In this document: in pieces, positions 21,110 through 30,924 of the stretch
Layout of the letters: each line of letters begins with the position of its first letter
How positions within the stretch are numbered: the stretch's first letter is position 1
Notes under the pieces: generated by a model
What the model saw: the letters and a program-made list of their open reading frames with translations, nothing else
Database searches by the model: none
Told to the model about the DNA's origin: nothing
Made by a program: the position numbers and the translations under genes
Assembly (NCBI GenBank): GCA_963806555.1
Contig: CAWDYR010000016.1
Coordinates: 98,108-162,107, forward strand
Direction: 5' to 3'
DNA length: 64,000 nucleotides
Origin: an uncultured Bacteroidales bacterium
GTDB taxonomy: Bacteria; Bacteroidota; Bacteroidia; Bacteroidales; VadinHA17

Positions 21110-21895
21110 TCAGATCTTTTCTTTGAGAAGTATCTGACGGAGTTCATTTGGTGTTATCCTTTCCCTTGCTTCGCCGCCTTCAGCCACGGTTATTGTACCT
21201 GATTCCTCCGATACGACAACTACCAGGGCATCAGTGTGTTCTGAAATACCCAGAGCGGCCCGGTGCCTCATCCCGAAATGCGAAGGGACCGACACCCTGT
21301 CGGTGATAGGCAAAGGACAGCGGGCTGCAAATATTTTGCCGTCCTCTATTAAAACTGCTCCGTCGTGCAAGGGAGAATTTTTAAAGAAAATAGTTTCGAG
21401 TAGTTCTGCGCTAATCTCTGCATAGAGTTTTTCTCCCCCTTCAGAATAGATATCCAGACTGCTTTTTCTTCCAAGCACGATAAGCGCCCCGGTTTTCTTG
21501 GCGGCCATTGATTCGGCAGCCCTGACAATCTCCTCAGCTTCTTTCGGATTACTCTCTTCATCTTCGACGACTGCAAAAATTTTTCCAAATGAAAATCTTC
21601 GCCGGCTCATATACCTGTTGCCTATAACAAGCAGGAACCTCCGCACCTCCTGCTGGAAAACGATTATGAGGGCAATTACCCCAACTCCGATTACCTGACC
21701 GAGTAAAGCGCTTATCAGCTCCATCTTGAGCGCTTTGACCACAAGCCAGAACATGTAAATAAAGAAGATACCAATAAAGATGCTCAATGCTGCGGTCCCT
21801 CTTATAAGCTTATAAAGCTGAAAGAGGATAAATGCCACAAGGAAAATATCTATTATATCCAGGACTTTGATATCAAGCACCATTTTACAGATCAA
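21110..21895 (-). CDS. cdaA: diadenylate cyclase CdaA (DisA_N domain, membrane-anchored)
   Basis: Intact ORF with N-terminal TM helices. The motifs DGAVLIEDGKIFAARCPLP, GMRHRAALGISEHTDALVVVVSEESG are present. Confidence 0.85.
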   Translation of the reverse strand: MICKMVLDIKVLDIIDIFLVAFILFQLYKLIRGTAALSIFIGIFFIYMFWLVVKALKMELISALLGQVIGVGVIALIIVFQQEVRRFLLVIGNRYMSRRRFSFGKIFAVVEDEESNPKEAEEIVRAAESMAAKKTGALIVLGRKSSLDIYSEGGEKLYAEISAELLETIFFKNSPLHDGAVLIEDGKIFAARCPLPITDRVSVPSHFGMRHRAALGISEHTDALVVVVSEESGTITVAEGGEARERITPNELRQILLKEKI

Positions 21896-21941
21896 TAAAA
21901 GGTAAAAATATGAAAACTACCGTAATAATCAGAATAAAAAA

Positions 21942-22823
21942 TCAGCCGTCAGTTTCCTGCCCTAAGTTCCGCTTATAAACTGATTTTTTAAGCTGCTCCA
22001 CAAGTTTAACTGCCTGGACCGCCTCTTTAACATCATGAACCCGCAGTATATCGCATCCATTCATCAAGGCAATGGTATTTAAAACGGTGGTCCCGTTAAG
22101 AGCCCCTTCCGGAGTTGTTTCAAGTGTTTTCCAGATCATTGATTTTCGCGACACACCTGCCATCAACGGAAGTCCGGCAATTGAGAAATCACTTAAGCGA
22201 TCCAGTAACATAAAATTATCCTGTGTGGTTTTTCCGAATCCGAAGCCGGGATCCAGGATTATATCTTTTACGCCCATTGAATGCAGCCTGTAGATCCTTT
22301 CTCCAAACCACCTGAGAATATCAGCAACCACATCATCATAAGCCGGACTCCTCTGCATGGTGGCCGGATCACCCTGCATGTGCATCAGGATATACGGAAC
22401 TTCAAGCTCTCTGACATAATCGAACATCTTTGCATCCGCCTCTCCGCCTGAAATGTCGTTTATTATTCCGGCTCCGCATTCCCGTACAGCCTCCTTTGCT
22501 ATCTCAGCCCTGAAAGTGTCGACAGAAATCATAACATCGGGAAATTCACGGTTAATGGCTCTGATTGCTTTAAGTACCCTGTTTCTTTCTTCATCGATCG
22601 AAATGTTCTGTGCTCCCGGCCTGGAAGAATAACCTCCGACATCAATAATATCCGCTCCGTCAGTAATCATCTGAAGTACAGCTTTGATTATGCTTTCGTC
22701 GTCAGTATACCTGCTCCCCGGGTAGAATGAATCAGGAGTTGTATTCACAATCCCCATTACCTTCGGGACAGAAAGATCAAGCAGCTTTCCATTAACGTTG
22801 ATGTATCGTACCTTTAAATCCAT
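21942..22823 (-). CDS. folP: dihydropteroate synthase
   Basis: Intact 293 aa with GIVNTTPDSF, DIIDVGGYSSRPGA and DPGFGFGKT motifs. Confidence 0.9.
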   Translation of the reverse strand: MDLKVRYINVNGKLLDLSVPKVMGIVNTTPDSFYPGSRYTDDESIIKAVLQMITDGADIIDVGGYSSRPGAQNISIDEERNRVLKAIRAINREFPDVMISVDTFRAEIAKEAVRECGAGIINDISGGEADAKMFDYVRELEVPYILMHMQGDPATMQRSPAYDDVVADILRWFGERIYRLHSMGVKDIILDPGFGFGKTTQDNFMLLDRLSDFSIAGLPLMAGVSRKSMIWKTLETTPEGALNGTTVLNTIALMNGCDILRVHDVKEAVQAVKLVEQLKKSVYKRNLGQETDG

Positions 22824-22985
22824 GCCAGGTTATTTTATTCATCTAATTTAACTGATTTAAGTTACAATGCATCGGCTATTAAGAATTTCGGATTGCGGAG
22901 GCTGTATCAACACGCGACCTCCTGAACCGGCGCTTATATAGATTATGCCTCTTCCACCGGGAAAGGGGATAAAAGGAGTGCGGTG

Positions 22986-23341
22986 CATAGCCAAAGAGTC
23001 AATTTTAATCTGAGGATTATTTAATTAGCTGAAACACAATTAAATAACTTTCCCCTCCTTTTGAAGGAGGGGTGGCCAGACGGTGAAATCATCTCACACG
23101 CAGAAACTAAATTCGTCTGGCCGGGGTGGTTGATTCAAGTCTTTTTTTATTACTTATATTCTAATGGATAGACTTGAAACATAGATTAACCACCCCGGCC
23201 GGGAAAACAGATTGTAAACTCCTCAAAATCTATAGTCCCGGCCACCCCTCCTTGAAAAGGAGGGGAAATGTAAAATATTGCAAATCTGTTACATACAGTT
23301 TGATTCATAAGCTAACCCATTCCTTAGGTTGACGGCTATGG
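22986..23341 (+). repeat. nested-palindrome element, full copy D (best preserved; reference for hairpin coordinates)
   Basis: Six hairpins are seen. H1 is 23017-23047 (ttatttaatt/aattaaataa). H2 is 23052-23072 (cccctcc/ggagggg). H3 is 23076-23120 (ccagacg/cgtctgg). H4 is 23121-23198 (ccggggtggtt..ttcaagtc/gacttgaa..aaccaccccgg). H5 is 23199-23241 (ccggg/cccgg). H6 is 23245-23265 (cccctcc/ggagggg). The right arm runs to ggctatgg at 23341. Confidence 0.85.
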
Positions 23342-23430
23342 CGAATAGGGGGTGATTTTGTGCAAAGGGGATTAATCTATATAAGTGCCCCTGAACCCCT
23401 CCCAAAGAGGCTGTCTAAAAATTCCTTTTT

Positions 23431-23532
23431 AACCGCAAAGATCGCTAAGATGTCGCAAAGAACGCAAAGCTAAAGCACATATGTTCAGCTCTTTGCGAAC
23501 TTTGCGGTTTTCCTTTGCGCCCTCTGCGGTTA
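23431..23532. repeat. array of CGCAAAG words (3 forward, 4 reverse) forming a long hairpin
   Basis: The sequence is aaCCGCAAAG..gtCGCAAAGaaCGCAAAG..(loop)..CTTTGCGaaCTTTGCGGttttcCTTTGCGccCTCTGCGGtt. It lies in the divergent folP/tmk intergenic region next to element copy D. Confidence 0.8.
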
Positions 23533-23610
23533 AGGGATTTTGCTTAATATGGAACCATTAATGATTTTTAAAAAACTGAATATAAGTTTCCTTCTTTGAC
23601 AGGGCATTAT

Positions 23611-23618
23611 TACTTTTG
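23611..23618 (+). promoter_or_regulatory. candidate -7 box TActTTTG upstream of tmk
   Basis: It matches TAnnTTTG and ends 22 bp before ATG 23641. Confidence 0.4.
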
Positions 23619-23640
23619 TACCGAATGAAATCGGAAGCCA

Positions 23641-24327
23641 ATGAAGCTTTTTGTAATTGAGGGAGTTGATGGGTCAGGAAAATCAACGCAGCTTAATCTT
23701 TTAAAAGATTTTATAACCCAAAAAGGCTTTGAATGCAAATATCTGCACTTCCCCAGGACTGATGCACCCTACTTCGGAGAATTAATTGCCAGGTTCCTGA
23801 GGGGCGAGTTTGGCAGTCTTAAGGATGTCGACCCTTATCTTGTCGCAATGCTTTATGCCGGCGACCGGAGTGATGCTGCACCTGTAATATCAGGCTGGCT
23901 CAAAGACAAAAAGATTGTCCTCCTTGACAGGTACACCTATTCAAATATTGCCTACCAGTGTGCTAAAATCGAAGATCGCGGGTTACAGGAAAAGCTGATG
24001 GAGTGGATCATGTCGCTTGAGTTTAACCATTTTGCAATACCGAAGCCCGACCTGAACATCTTTCTCGACGTACCGTTTTCATTCACTGAGCAGAAATTAT
24101 CCTCCTCCCGGTCAGGTACCGACAGGGATTACCTTAACGGCAGCAGGGATATTCATGAAGGAAGCCTTAACTTCCAGAAAAAAGTAAGAGATATCTACCT
24201 GAAGGTTGCAGAAACCGATAATCGCCTGGTTGTCGTAGATTGCAGCGGAAAGGAAGGGAAAATGTTGTCGCCCGAAGCTATTTCGGAACTCATCCGTAAA
24301 ATAATCACCGCTAAAAAACTGATTTGA
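23641..24327 (+). CDS. tmk: thymidylate (dTMP) kinase
   Basis: Intact 228 aa with the P-loop FVIEGVDGSGKSTQ and a DRY-type motif (LLDRYTYSNIAYQ). Confidence 0.88.
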   Translation: MKLFVIEGVDGSGKSTQLNLLKDFITQKGFECKYLHFPRTDAPYFGELIARFLRGEFGSLKDVDPYLVAMLYAGDRSDAAPVISGWLKDKKIVLLDRYTYSNIAYQCAKIEDRGLQEKLMEWIMSLEFNHFAIPKPDLNIFLDVPFSFTEQKLSSSRSGTDRDYLNGSRDIHEGSLNFQKKVRDIYLKVAETDNRLVVVDCSGKEGKMLSPEAISELIRKIITAKKLI

Positions 24328-25559
24328 TGAAGATCCCAGTGCTGATTTCCAGGGTAGTCACCGGACTCGTATTTATGTTTTCAGGGATCGTGAAAGCCGT
24401 CGATCCGCTTGGTTCCACATATAAATTCCAGGATTATTTTCAGGCTTTCGGCCTGGATTTTATGCTGCCAGTCGCACTTCCGCTGGCGATTCTGCTTTGT
24501 ACCGCAGAGTTTATATCAGGTTTTTCGGTTTTATCGGGATACAGGCAGAAGACCGGTATATGGGGAGTGCTTATCCTTATGCTGATATTCACACCCCTGA
24601 CCCTGGTTCTGGCTCTCACTAATCCTGTTTCCGATTGTGGCTGCTTCGGCGATGCAATTCATCTCACCAACTGGCAGACTTTCGGGAAGAATATTGTCCT
24701 GTTGATCTTTGCCTTAATCCTGTTCGCCGGAAGAAAAAATGTTCCGGTTCGTTTCAGCCCGCTTAAGGAATGGACATTAGTTTCAGGAGTAGCTGTTCTC
24801 TTTGTTGTTTTCTCCCTGCTGAACCTGATATATTTACCCCTTCTTGATTTTCTGCCTTACAAAACAGGCAATAACATACCCGGGCTAATGACTATTCCTG
24901 AGGGAAAGCCTGTCGATGAATATAAAACAACATTTATATATGAAAAGGAAGGCCAGACGAAGGAATTCTCCCTGGAAAATTATCCTGCCAATGATTCAAC
25001 GTGGAAATTTGTTGACCAGAAATCAGTACTTGTCAAAAAAGGGTATCTTCCCCCGGTCCATGACTTTGTCATCACCACTGCTGAAGGCGAAGATATAACC
25101 GCCGGAATACTTGACAACGAGGGCTTTACTCTTCTTATGATCTCAAAAAAGCTTGAGGAGGCAGATCCTTCCCGGCTTAAAACCGGATTTGATCTTGGAA
25201 CTGCATGTCTCTCAGCGGGAATTGATTTTCATATTGTGACCTCTTCAGGAACCAGCCTTTTAAAAGAATACAATAATGGTCTGTCAATCTGCAGCGCTGA
25301 TGAAACGACCCTGAAAACAATTGTCCGTGCAAACCCCGGCTATCTTCTGCTCAAAGCCGGAACGGTGTCAGGAAAATGGTCGTGGGCCGGCATTCCGTCC
25401 GCAGAAAAGCTTAAAGATTACGTTTCGGGCAAAGACCTCAGAAAGGCTGATAACAAAAGCCCTGTCCTGATCGTTTATACTGCGGGTCTATCAATAATGG
25501 TACTGCTTTTGTTGATAAGTTCTTTTTACAGGAGAAAACAGGGTTCTTCAGAAAAGTGA
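24324..25559 (+). CDS. DoxX/MauE-like membrane protein with a soluble C-terminal domain
   Basis: Intact 411 aa. The N-terminal TM helices are VVTGLVFMFSGIVKAVDPLG. A CGCFG motif and a terminal TM helix are present. The start overlaps the tmk stop by 4 bp. Confidence 0.55.
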   Translation: MMKIPVLISRVVTGLVFMFSGIVKAVDPLGSTYKFQDYFQAFGLDFMLPVALPLAILLCTAEFISGFSVLSGYRQKTGIWGVLILMLIFTPLTLVLALTNPVSDCGCFGDAIHLTNWQTFGKNIVLLIFALILFAGRKNVPVRFSPLKEWTLVSGVAVLFVVFSLLNLIYLPLLDFLPYKTGNNIPGLMTIPEGKPVDEYKTTFIYEKEGQTKEFSLENYPANDSTWKFVDQKSVLVKKGYLPPVHDFVITTAEGEDITAGILDNEGFTLLMISKKLEEADPSRLKTGFDLGTACLSAGIDFHIVTSSGTSLLKEYNNGLSICSADETTLKTIVRANPGYLLLKAGTVSGKWSWAGIPSAEKLKDYVSGKDLRKADNKSPVLIVYTAGLSIMVLLLLISSFYRRKQGSSEK

Positions 25560-25621
25560 TATTTGTAAGTGCATTGATTTACAATGATATTTCTACCGAA
25601 TTAATTATTTATTTAAACATT

Positions 25622-26377
25622 ATGAGAAAAAAAATTGTTGCCGGGAACTGGAAGATGAACATGGATCTGGCTGAGGGACTTAAATTTGCAGAGACAGTTA
25701 ACGCATATTTTGTTACAAAGCCTCCTGAGGCTGAGGTTATCCTGTGTACTCCTTTTATCCACCTTGCAGGTGTTTCTGAAATTGTGAAGAACAGCAAGGT
25801 GTTGTGCGGCGCTCAGAACTGCGCATCAGAGCCGGCAGGCGCCTTTACGGGTGAAGTCTCCCCGCAGATGATAAAAAGTACCGGGGCAGGGTATGTTATT
25901 ATCGGCCACTCGGAAAGAAGATCATACTATCATGAAGATGATAAGATCCTGAATAAAAAAACGGTACTTGCCCTGGCAGCCGGGCTGAAAGTCATATTCT
26001 GCTGCGGCGAGGTGCTTCAGGAGAGAGAATCCGGGAAACATCTTGCTGTCGTGAAAAAACAGGTCGCGGAAGGTTTATTTAATATTCCGGAGGCAGAATT
26101 CAGAAAAGTTGTAATCGCTTACGAACCTGTGTGGGCTATCGGTACCGGTTTGACGGCAACCCCTGACCAGGCACAGGAAATGCATAAATATATCCGTGGT
26201 CTTATAAAGGAAAAATACGGGGCTGACTGTGCAGAGAACCTTACGATACTCTATGGCGGAAGCGCCAAGCCTTCGAATGCCAGGGAGTTATTTTCAAAGC
26301 CTGATGTAGACGGAGGTTTGATCGGCGGAGCATCATTGAAAAAGGAAGATTTCTGCGCTATTGTCGAATCATTCTAA
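25622..26377 (+). CDS. tpiA: triosephosphate isomerase
   Basis: MRKKIVAGNWKMN starts at ATG 25622, inside track ORF 25556-26377. Motifs IIGHSERR, AYEPVWAIGTG and GGASLK are present. Confidence 0.92.
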   Translation: MRKKIVAGNWKMNMDLAEGLKFAETVNAYFVTKPPEAEVILCTPFIHLAGVSEIVKNSKVLCGAQNCASEPAGAFTGEVSPQMIKSTGAGYVIIGHSERRSYYHEDDKILNKKTVLALAAGLKVIFCCGEVLQERESGKHLAVVKKQVAEGLFNIPEAEFRKVVIAYEPVWAIGTGLTATPDQAQEMHKYIRGLIKEKYGADCAENLTILYGGSAKPSNARELFSKPDVDGGLIGGASLKKEDFCAIVESF

Positions 26378-26388
26378 TTAAATTGTAA

Positions 26389-29300
26389 ATGGTAGTAAGG
26401 CTCCTGATATCCGGATTCACATTCCTTTTTTTAACTGCCGGAACATTGTTTCCACAGGTAAAGCCGGTCTTTAGCGGTGAACCTGAGAAATACAGCCAGG
26501 AGCTTAGGTCATATATGGGAACGGGCCTTAACGTGGAACAGACGGCCAGTCTCAACTTATTCCTGGCAAAATGGGATAGCTCCGGTTTCAGCACAAACGT
26601 CAAACGCCTCACAATAAATATCTCAAATCAGATGGTCACCAGGCAGATGAGAGGCGTTCCCCATTTCGATCAACTCCTCAGGACAATTTATAATTTTACG
26701 GAATATAATGTAAGCCCCGATCTGTTTACACGCTGGCTTACAGGGCTCAGCGAGATGCTTTTCAAGCCTGAAGCAACAAATGATAATATATTAAGGTATA
26801 TCCAGAATACAAGTTACCTGATTGGCGAAAATGTACTTTTCAATTCCGCATCCGTAAAATGGAAAGTAAAAAATGCCGTTCCGGTTCTAAGTTATGACAC
26901 ATTGTTTAAAGCAGTTCTGAGAGATGCCACACTTACCTGTTACTCTCAGAGGGACAGCACTGAAATATACAATGTTTCCGGGACATTCTATCCTTCACTT
27001 CTCCAGTTCAGGGGCACAAGAGGTACTGTTACCTGGGAGAAGGCAGGATTTGCCAGAGTGGACGTCTTCGCAACACTGGAGAATTACACTATCAATACCA
27101 CAAAGAACGGATTCACCTGCGACTCGGCAAAACTAAGTCATAAAGGTTATTTTAAGGAACCTGTTTACGGAGTGCTGAGCGATCAGGCTGCCAGCATCAT
27201 AAACAGGGAAAAAGCTACATTTCCGCATTTTGAGACCTATACCAGGAATTTCAGGATCCGGAACATCTTTAAAGACGTAGACTATGAGGGCGGCTTGTTA
27301 TTCGAAGGAGCCAATGTTAAGGGAATGGGTGAAAGGACGATCCCGGCTACCATAAGATTTTTCAGAAATGATTCTCTCTTCATAAAAATTACCTCCAATG
27401 AGTTTGTCTTTTCAGCCAGCGGTCTGAGTGGCCAGGAAACAGCCGCAACCCTCTACCTTGAAAGAGACTCCATATTTCACACAAACCTGGGATTTTCATT
27501 TAATTCGGCCGCCAGGCAGGTTAACCTCTTCCGGACAAACAATCCGGTTTCGCCGAGCCCTTACTTCAACACTTTCCACAACCTTGACATGTATTTTGAA
27601 AGCCTGTCGTGGGATATGAACAGCACGAAGATCCTTATATCAAGGCCGCGGGGAGCAGCAATGGGTCAGGCTCTGTTCCAGTCCATCTCTTTCTTTAATG
27701 CTGACTATTTCCTCAGCCTGATGAATCTTGATAATTATCATCCGTTAACAAGATTAAAACAGTTTGCTGAATATTATTACTCCACAACTTTTCCGGTAAG
27801 TGAATTTGCAAAATGGGTGAACAAATCTGAAGATTATGTTACCGGGATGTGCATCGACATGGCTAACAAGGGATTCATATTCTATGACAGAGCCAATCGT
27901 GAGGTTACCCTCAAGGACAAGATAAAGGACTATATAGATTCCTATTCCGGCAAAATAGATTACGATGTACTTTCAATCTTCAGCGAAACAAAAGCGCCTG
28001 TCGATAATGCGGTACTCGATCTTAAGACGTACGGACTGACTGTAAACGGCGTAAAAAATGTATTTCTGAGCGATTCACAGAAAGTTGCAATATATCCCTA
28101 TAACAGGCAGCTGACAATTCTCAAAAACAGAAGCTTTAAGTTCGACGGTGTGGTTCAGGCAGGCCTCTTCACAATATTCGGTCACAATTTTCAATTCAGC
28201 TATGATACGTTCAAGATCAGGCTGACTAATATAGATTCAATAAAAGTAGCTGTTGAGACGGATAAAGATGATGCTTACGGGAATCCCCTGATACGTGATG
28301 TTAACAGTATGATCCAGCTTTCAACCGGTGAACTCTATATTGACGACCCTAAAAATAAATCGGGTTTAAAAAGTCTTGCCCAATATCCAATAATAGATGC
28401 CACTGCATATTCATATATTTTCTATGACAGCATCCCCGGAATGGAAGGGATCTACAAACGAAAGGATTACTTTTTCAGGGTCAACCCCTTTTCGTTTGAG
28501 AACATAGACCACTATACAAAGGAGGATTTTAACCTCTCCGGTGAGTTTTTCGCGGGGAATATATTAAAGCCTATGAAGCAGTTTCTTACTGTTCAGGAGA
28601 ACAATTCACTTGGCTTTAAGATGGATATCCCACAAGAAGGAGTTGATCTTTATGACGGCAAAGGGAGATTTTATGATTTCATAGAAATGTCGAACAGCGG
28701 ACTTACAGGTAGCGGGACCCTTAAACACCTGTCGGCAACAACTGTATCGGATGATTTTAAATTTTATCCCGATTCAATGCTGACACAGGCTGCTACCTTC
28801 AATCTTTCAAATGACGGTTCGGGATTATATCCTGAATTGAAGAGTGAGGATGTAAGAATAAGATGGCTGCCCTGGGAAGATCAATGGCTGGCATATAATT
28901 CAGCCGGTAAGAATTTTGATATGTTCGAAAACAAGACCGCCCTCGACGGGAGCCTTAAACTCACATCCTCCCGGCTTAACGGGACCGGCATTTTAAACAC
29001 TCCCGATTCAAGGATCAACTCCAACTCTTTTTCTTTTACCTCAAATTCCATAAGGGCCGATACTGCTGATTATAACCTGAAATCGCCTTCAACAAACGGT
29101 TATGCCTTTATTGCTGAAAATGCAAATCTGGATGTCAATTTTGACAGTAAGGTGAGCCGGTTCCATCTTAATACCGATTCTTCGGTGGTTAAGTTCCCCG
29201 AGATCCAGTATATATGTACAATGACGGATTTCGAGTATGATATGACCAACAGGATCCTGAACATGGAGCAAAAGGGAAAAACCGCATCTCCGGGGCTGAT

Positions 29301-30897
29301 CCCTCCCGGTAAGTTGCTCGCCATCAACAGGAACGAAGTCTCCAGACCAACTTTTTTTGCCACTAACAGCCTGAGCGACACCATAGCTTTTACCTCACTG
29401 AAGGCAAAATACAATGTTGACAAGGAATCTATCGAAGCCGAAAATATCAGTTATATCCCTATTGCCGATGCCCTGATCCAGCCCGAAAACGGCAGGATAA
29501 CAATCGACAGGAAGGCAAAAATACAGAGACTCAAAAATGCATTTATTGCAGTGAACAACCGCCATCTGCTTCATTCTGCAGACATCGATATTGAATCGAC
29601 AAAGAGATATTCAGGCAGCGCTGTCTATGATTATGTTCAGGAGGATAATGAAAGGATGCCCATCAGCTTTCCGGAGATCACTGTCGACACACTGACAACA
29701 AGCGCCAGGGGATTCATTGCTCCCGAACAAAAATTCATGCTCAGTCCGGCCTTCACTTTTGCAGGTGATGTGTTTCTTTCCGCAGGAAAAAGCGAATTGT
29801 TGTTTACAGGTTCGGCAGGCATTTTACACGACTGCAGTGCAATTAAGAGCTACCCGGTAAAATTCAAGTCGCTCATTGATCCGAAAAATGTGATGATCCC
29901 GTTAACTGAAAAACCACGCGATTCGAATGATAACCTGGTGTTTTCCGGGTCATACATAAATATTGATTCGTCAATTGTTTATCCGGCTTTCCTGTCACAG
30001 CAGAAGGCGTGGACTGACGTCGGACTTGTAACTGCCGACGGGGTGCTCTATTACAACAAGGCAAAAGGGACTTATCAGATCTCCTCCGTTGAAAAGGTAG
30101 CCAACCCGGCCATGAACGGGAATATGGTCTCTCTTGCAAGGAATCTTTGCACACTCTCGGGTGAAGGGAATCTTAATCTCGGGGCAAACTTTGATCTGGT
30201 CAAGATGGCTGGCGCCGGAAGCTTTGTTCAGACAGCTGACTCAGGCATAATAGATATCAAGGCAATTCTTGCACTCGATTTCTATTTCTCAGCCGATGCA
30301 CTAAAGCTTATGAGTGACGAGTTCAGAATGATGCCTACCCTCAAACCCGTTAATATGAATTCCGATTTCATAAACAAGGGTATGAATGATCTTCTTGGCA
30401 CCAGCGCGGCAACTCAGCTTAAAACAGAAACCGACCTGTTCGGCCTGTCGGGTAATCTGCCAAGAGAGTATAACTATGAAATTCTTCTGAATGAGGTTAA
30501 TCTCAGGTGGAACCCATCGACATCTTCATTCAGATCGAAAGGTAAGATCGGAATAGGATTTATAGGCAGCCAGCCAATGAATATTTATGTTGACGGATTT
30601 ATTGAAATCCAGCGGAGAAGGACCGGCGATCTGATTGATATTTATCTGAAAGCTGATGAATCGACCTGGTATTATTTCTCATATTTCAAGGGTGTAATGA
30701 TGGCACAGGCAGCAAATATTAATTTCAATACCCTTATAGCCAACCTGAAAACCAAAGACAGGAAGCATCCCGATTCATCACTCAGGGTACCATACACTTA
30801 TATGATAGCTGTTGAAGACAGGCTCGGCAAATTTCTCAGACGCATGTCAGGAGATAATTTTGACGATTCTTCCCCTCTTGATGGCTTAATCAGGTGA
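26389..30897 (+). CDS. very large (1502-aa) hypothetical protein with an N-terminal hydrophobic anchor
   Basis: This is the longest uninterrupted ORF in the window. The N-terminus LLISGFTFLFLTAGTLFPQ looks like a signal or anchor. I recognise no domain and see no internal repeats. Confidence 0.7.
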   Translation: MVVRLLISGFTFLFLTAGTLFPQVKPVFSGEPEKYSQELRSYMGTGLNVEQTASLNLFLAKWDSSGFSTNVKRLTINISNQMVTRQMRGVPHFDQLLRTIYNFTEYNVSPDLFTRWLTGLSEMLFKPEATNDNILRYIQNTSYLIGENVLFNSASVKWKVKNAVPVLSYDTLFKAVLRDATLTCYSQRDSTEIYNVSGTFYPSLLQFRGTRGTVTWEKAGFARVDVFATLENYTINTTKNGFTCDSAKLSHKGYFKEPVYGVLSDQAASIINREKATFPHFETYTRNFRIRNIFKDVDYEGGLLFEGANVKGMGERTIPATIRFFRNDSLFIKITSNEFVFSASGLSGQETAATLYLERDSIFHTNLGFSFNSAARQVNLFRTNNPVSPSPYFNTFHNLDMYFESLSWDMNSTKILISRPRGAAMGQALFQSISFFNADYFLSLMNLDNYHPLTRLKQFAEYYYSTTFPVSEFAKWVNKSEDYVTGMCIDMANKGFIFYDRANREVTLKDKIKDYIDSYSGKIDYDVLSIFSETKAPVDNAVLDLKTYGLTVNGVKNVFLSDSQKVAIYPYNRQLTILKNRSFKFDGVVQAGLFTIFGHNFQFSYDTFKIRLTNIDSIKVAVETDKDDAYGNPLIRDVNSMIQLSTGELYIDDPKNKSGLKSLAQYPIIDATAYSYIFYDSIPGMEGIYKRKDYFFRVNPFSFENIDHYTKEDFNLSGEFFAGNILKPMKQFLTVQENNSLGFKMDIPQEGVDLYDGKGRFYDFIEMSNSGLTGSGTLKHLSATTVSDDFKFYPDSMLTQAATFNLSNDGSGLYPELKSEDVRIRWLPWEDQWLAYNSAGKNFDMFENKTALDGSLKLTSSRLNGTGILNTPDSRINSNSFSFTSNSIRADTADYNLKSPSTNGYAFIAENANLDVNFDSKVSRFHLNTDSSVVKFPEIQYICTMTDFEYDMTNRILNMEQKGKTASPGLIPPGKLLAINRNEVSRPTFFATNSLSDTIAFTSLKAKYNVDKESIEAENISYIPIADALIQPENGRITIDRKAKIQRLKNAFIAVNNRHLLHSADIDIESTKRYSGSAVYDYVQEDNERMPISFPEITVDTLTTSARGFIAPEQKFMLSPAFTFAGDVFLSAGKSELLFTGSAGILHDCSAIKSYPVKFKSLIDPKNVMIPLTEKPRDSNDNLVFSGSYINIDSSIVYPAFLSQQKAWTDVGLVTADGVLYYNKAKGTYQISSVEKVANPAMNGNMVSLARNLCTLSGEGNLNLGANFDLVKMAGAGSFVQTADSGIIDIKAILALDFYFSADALKLMSDEFRMMPTLKPVNMNSDFINKGMNDLLGTSAATQLKTETDLFGLSGNLPREYNYEILLNEVNLRWNPSTSSFRSKGKIGIGFIGSQPMNIYVDGFIEIQRRRTGDLIDIYLKADESTWYYFSYFKGVMMAQAANINFNTLIANLKTKDRKHPDSSLRVPYTYMIAVEDRLGKFLRRMSGDNFDDSSPLDGLIR

Positions 30898-30924
30898 ATG
30901 TTAATAATTTCACAACATATCCAG

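Noticed and set aside
23052-23072. AAGGAGG inside the element hairpins acting as a Shine-Dalgarno site for a downstream small ORF
   Set aside because: The motif is simply one half of the CCCCTCC/GGAGGGG stem. No conserved ORF follows it in the different copies. Bacteroidota translation initiation does not generally rely on SD pairing.
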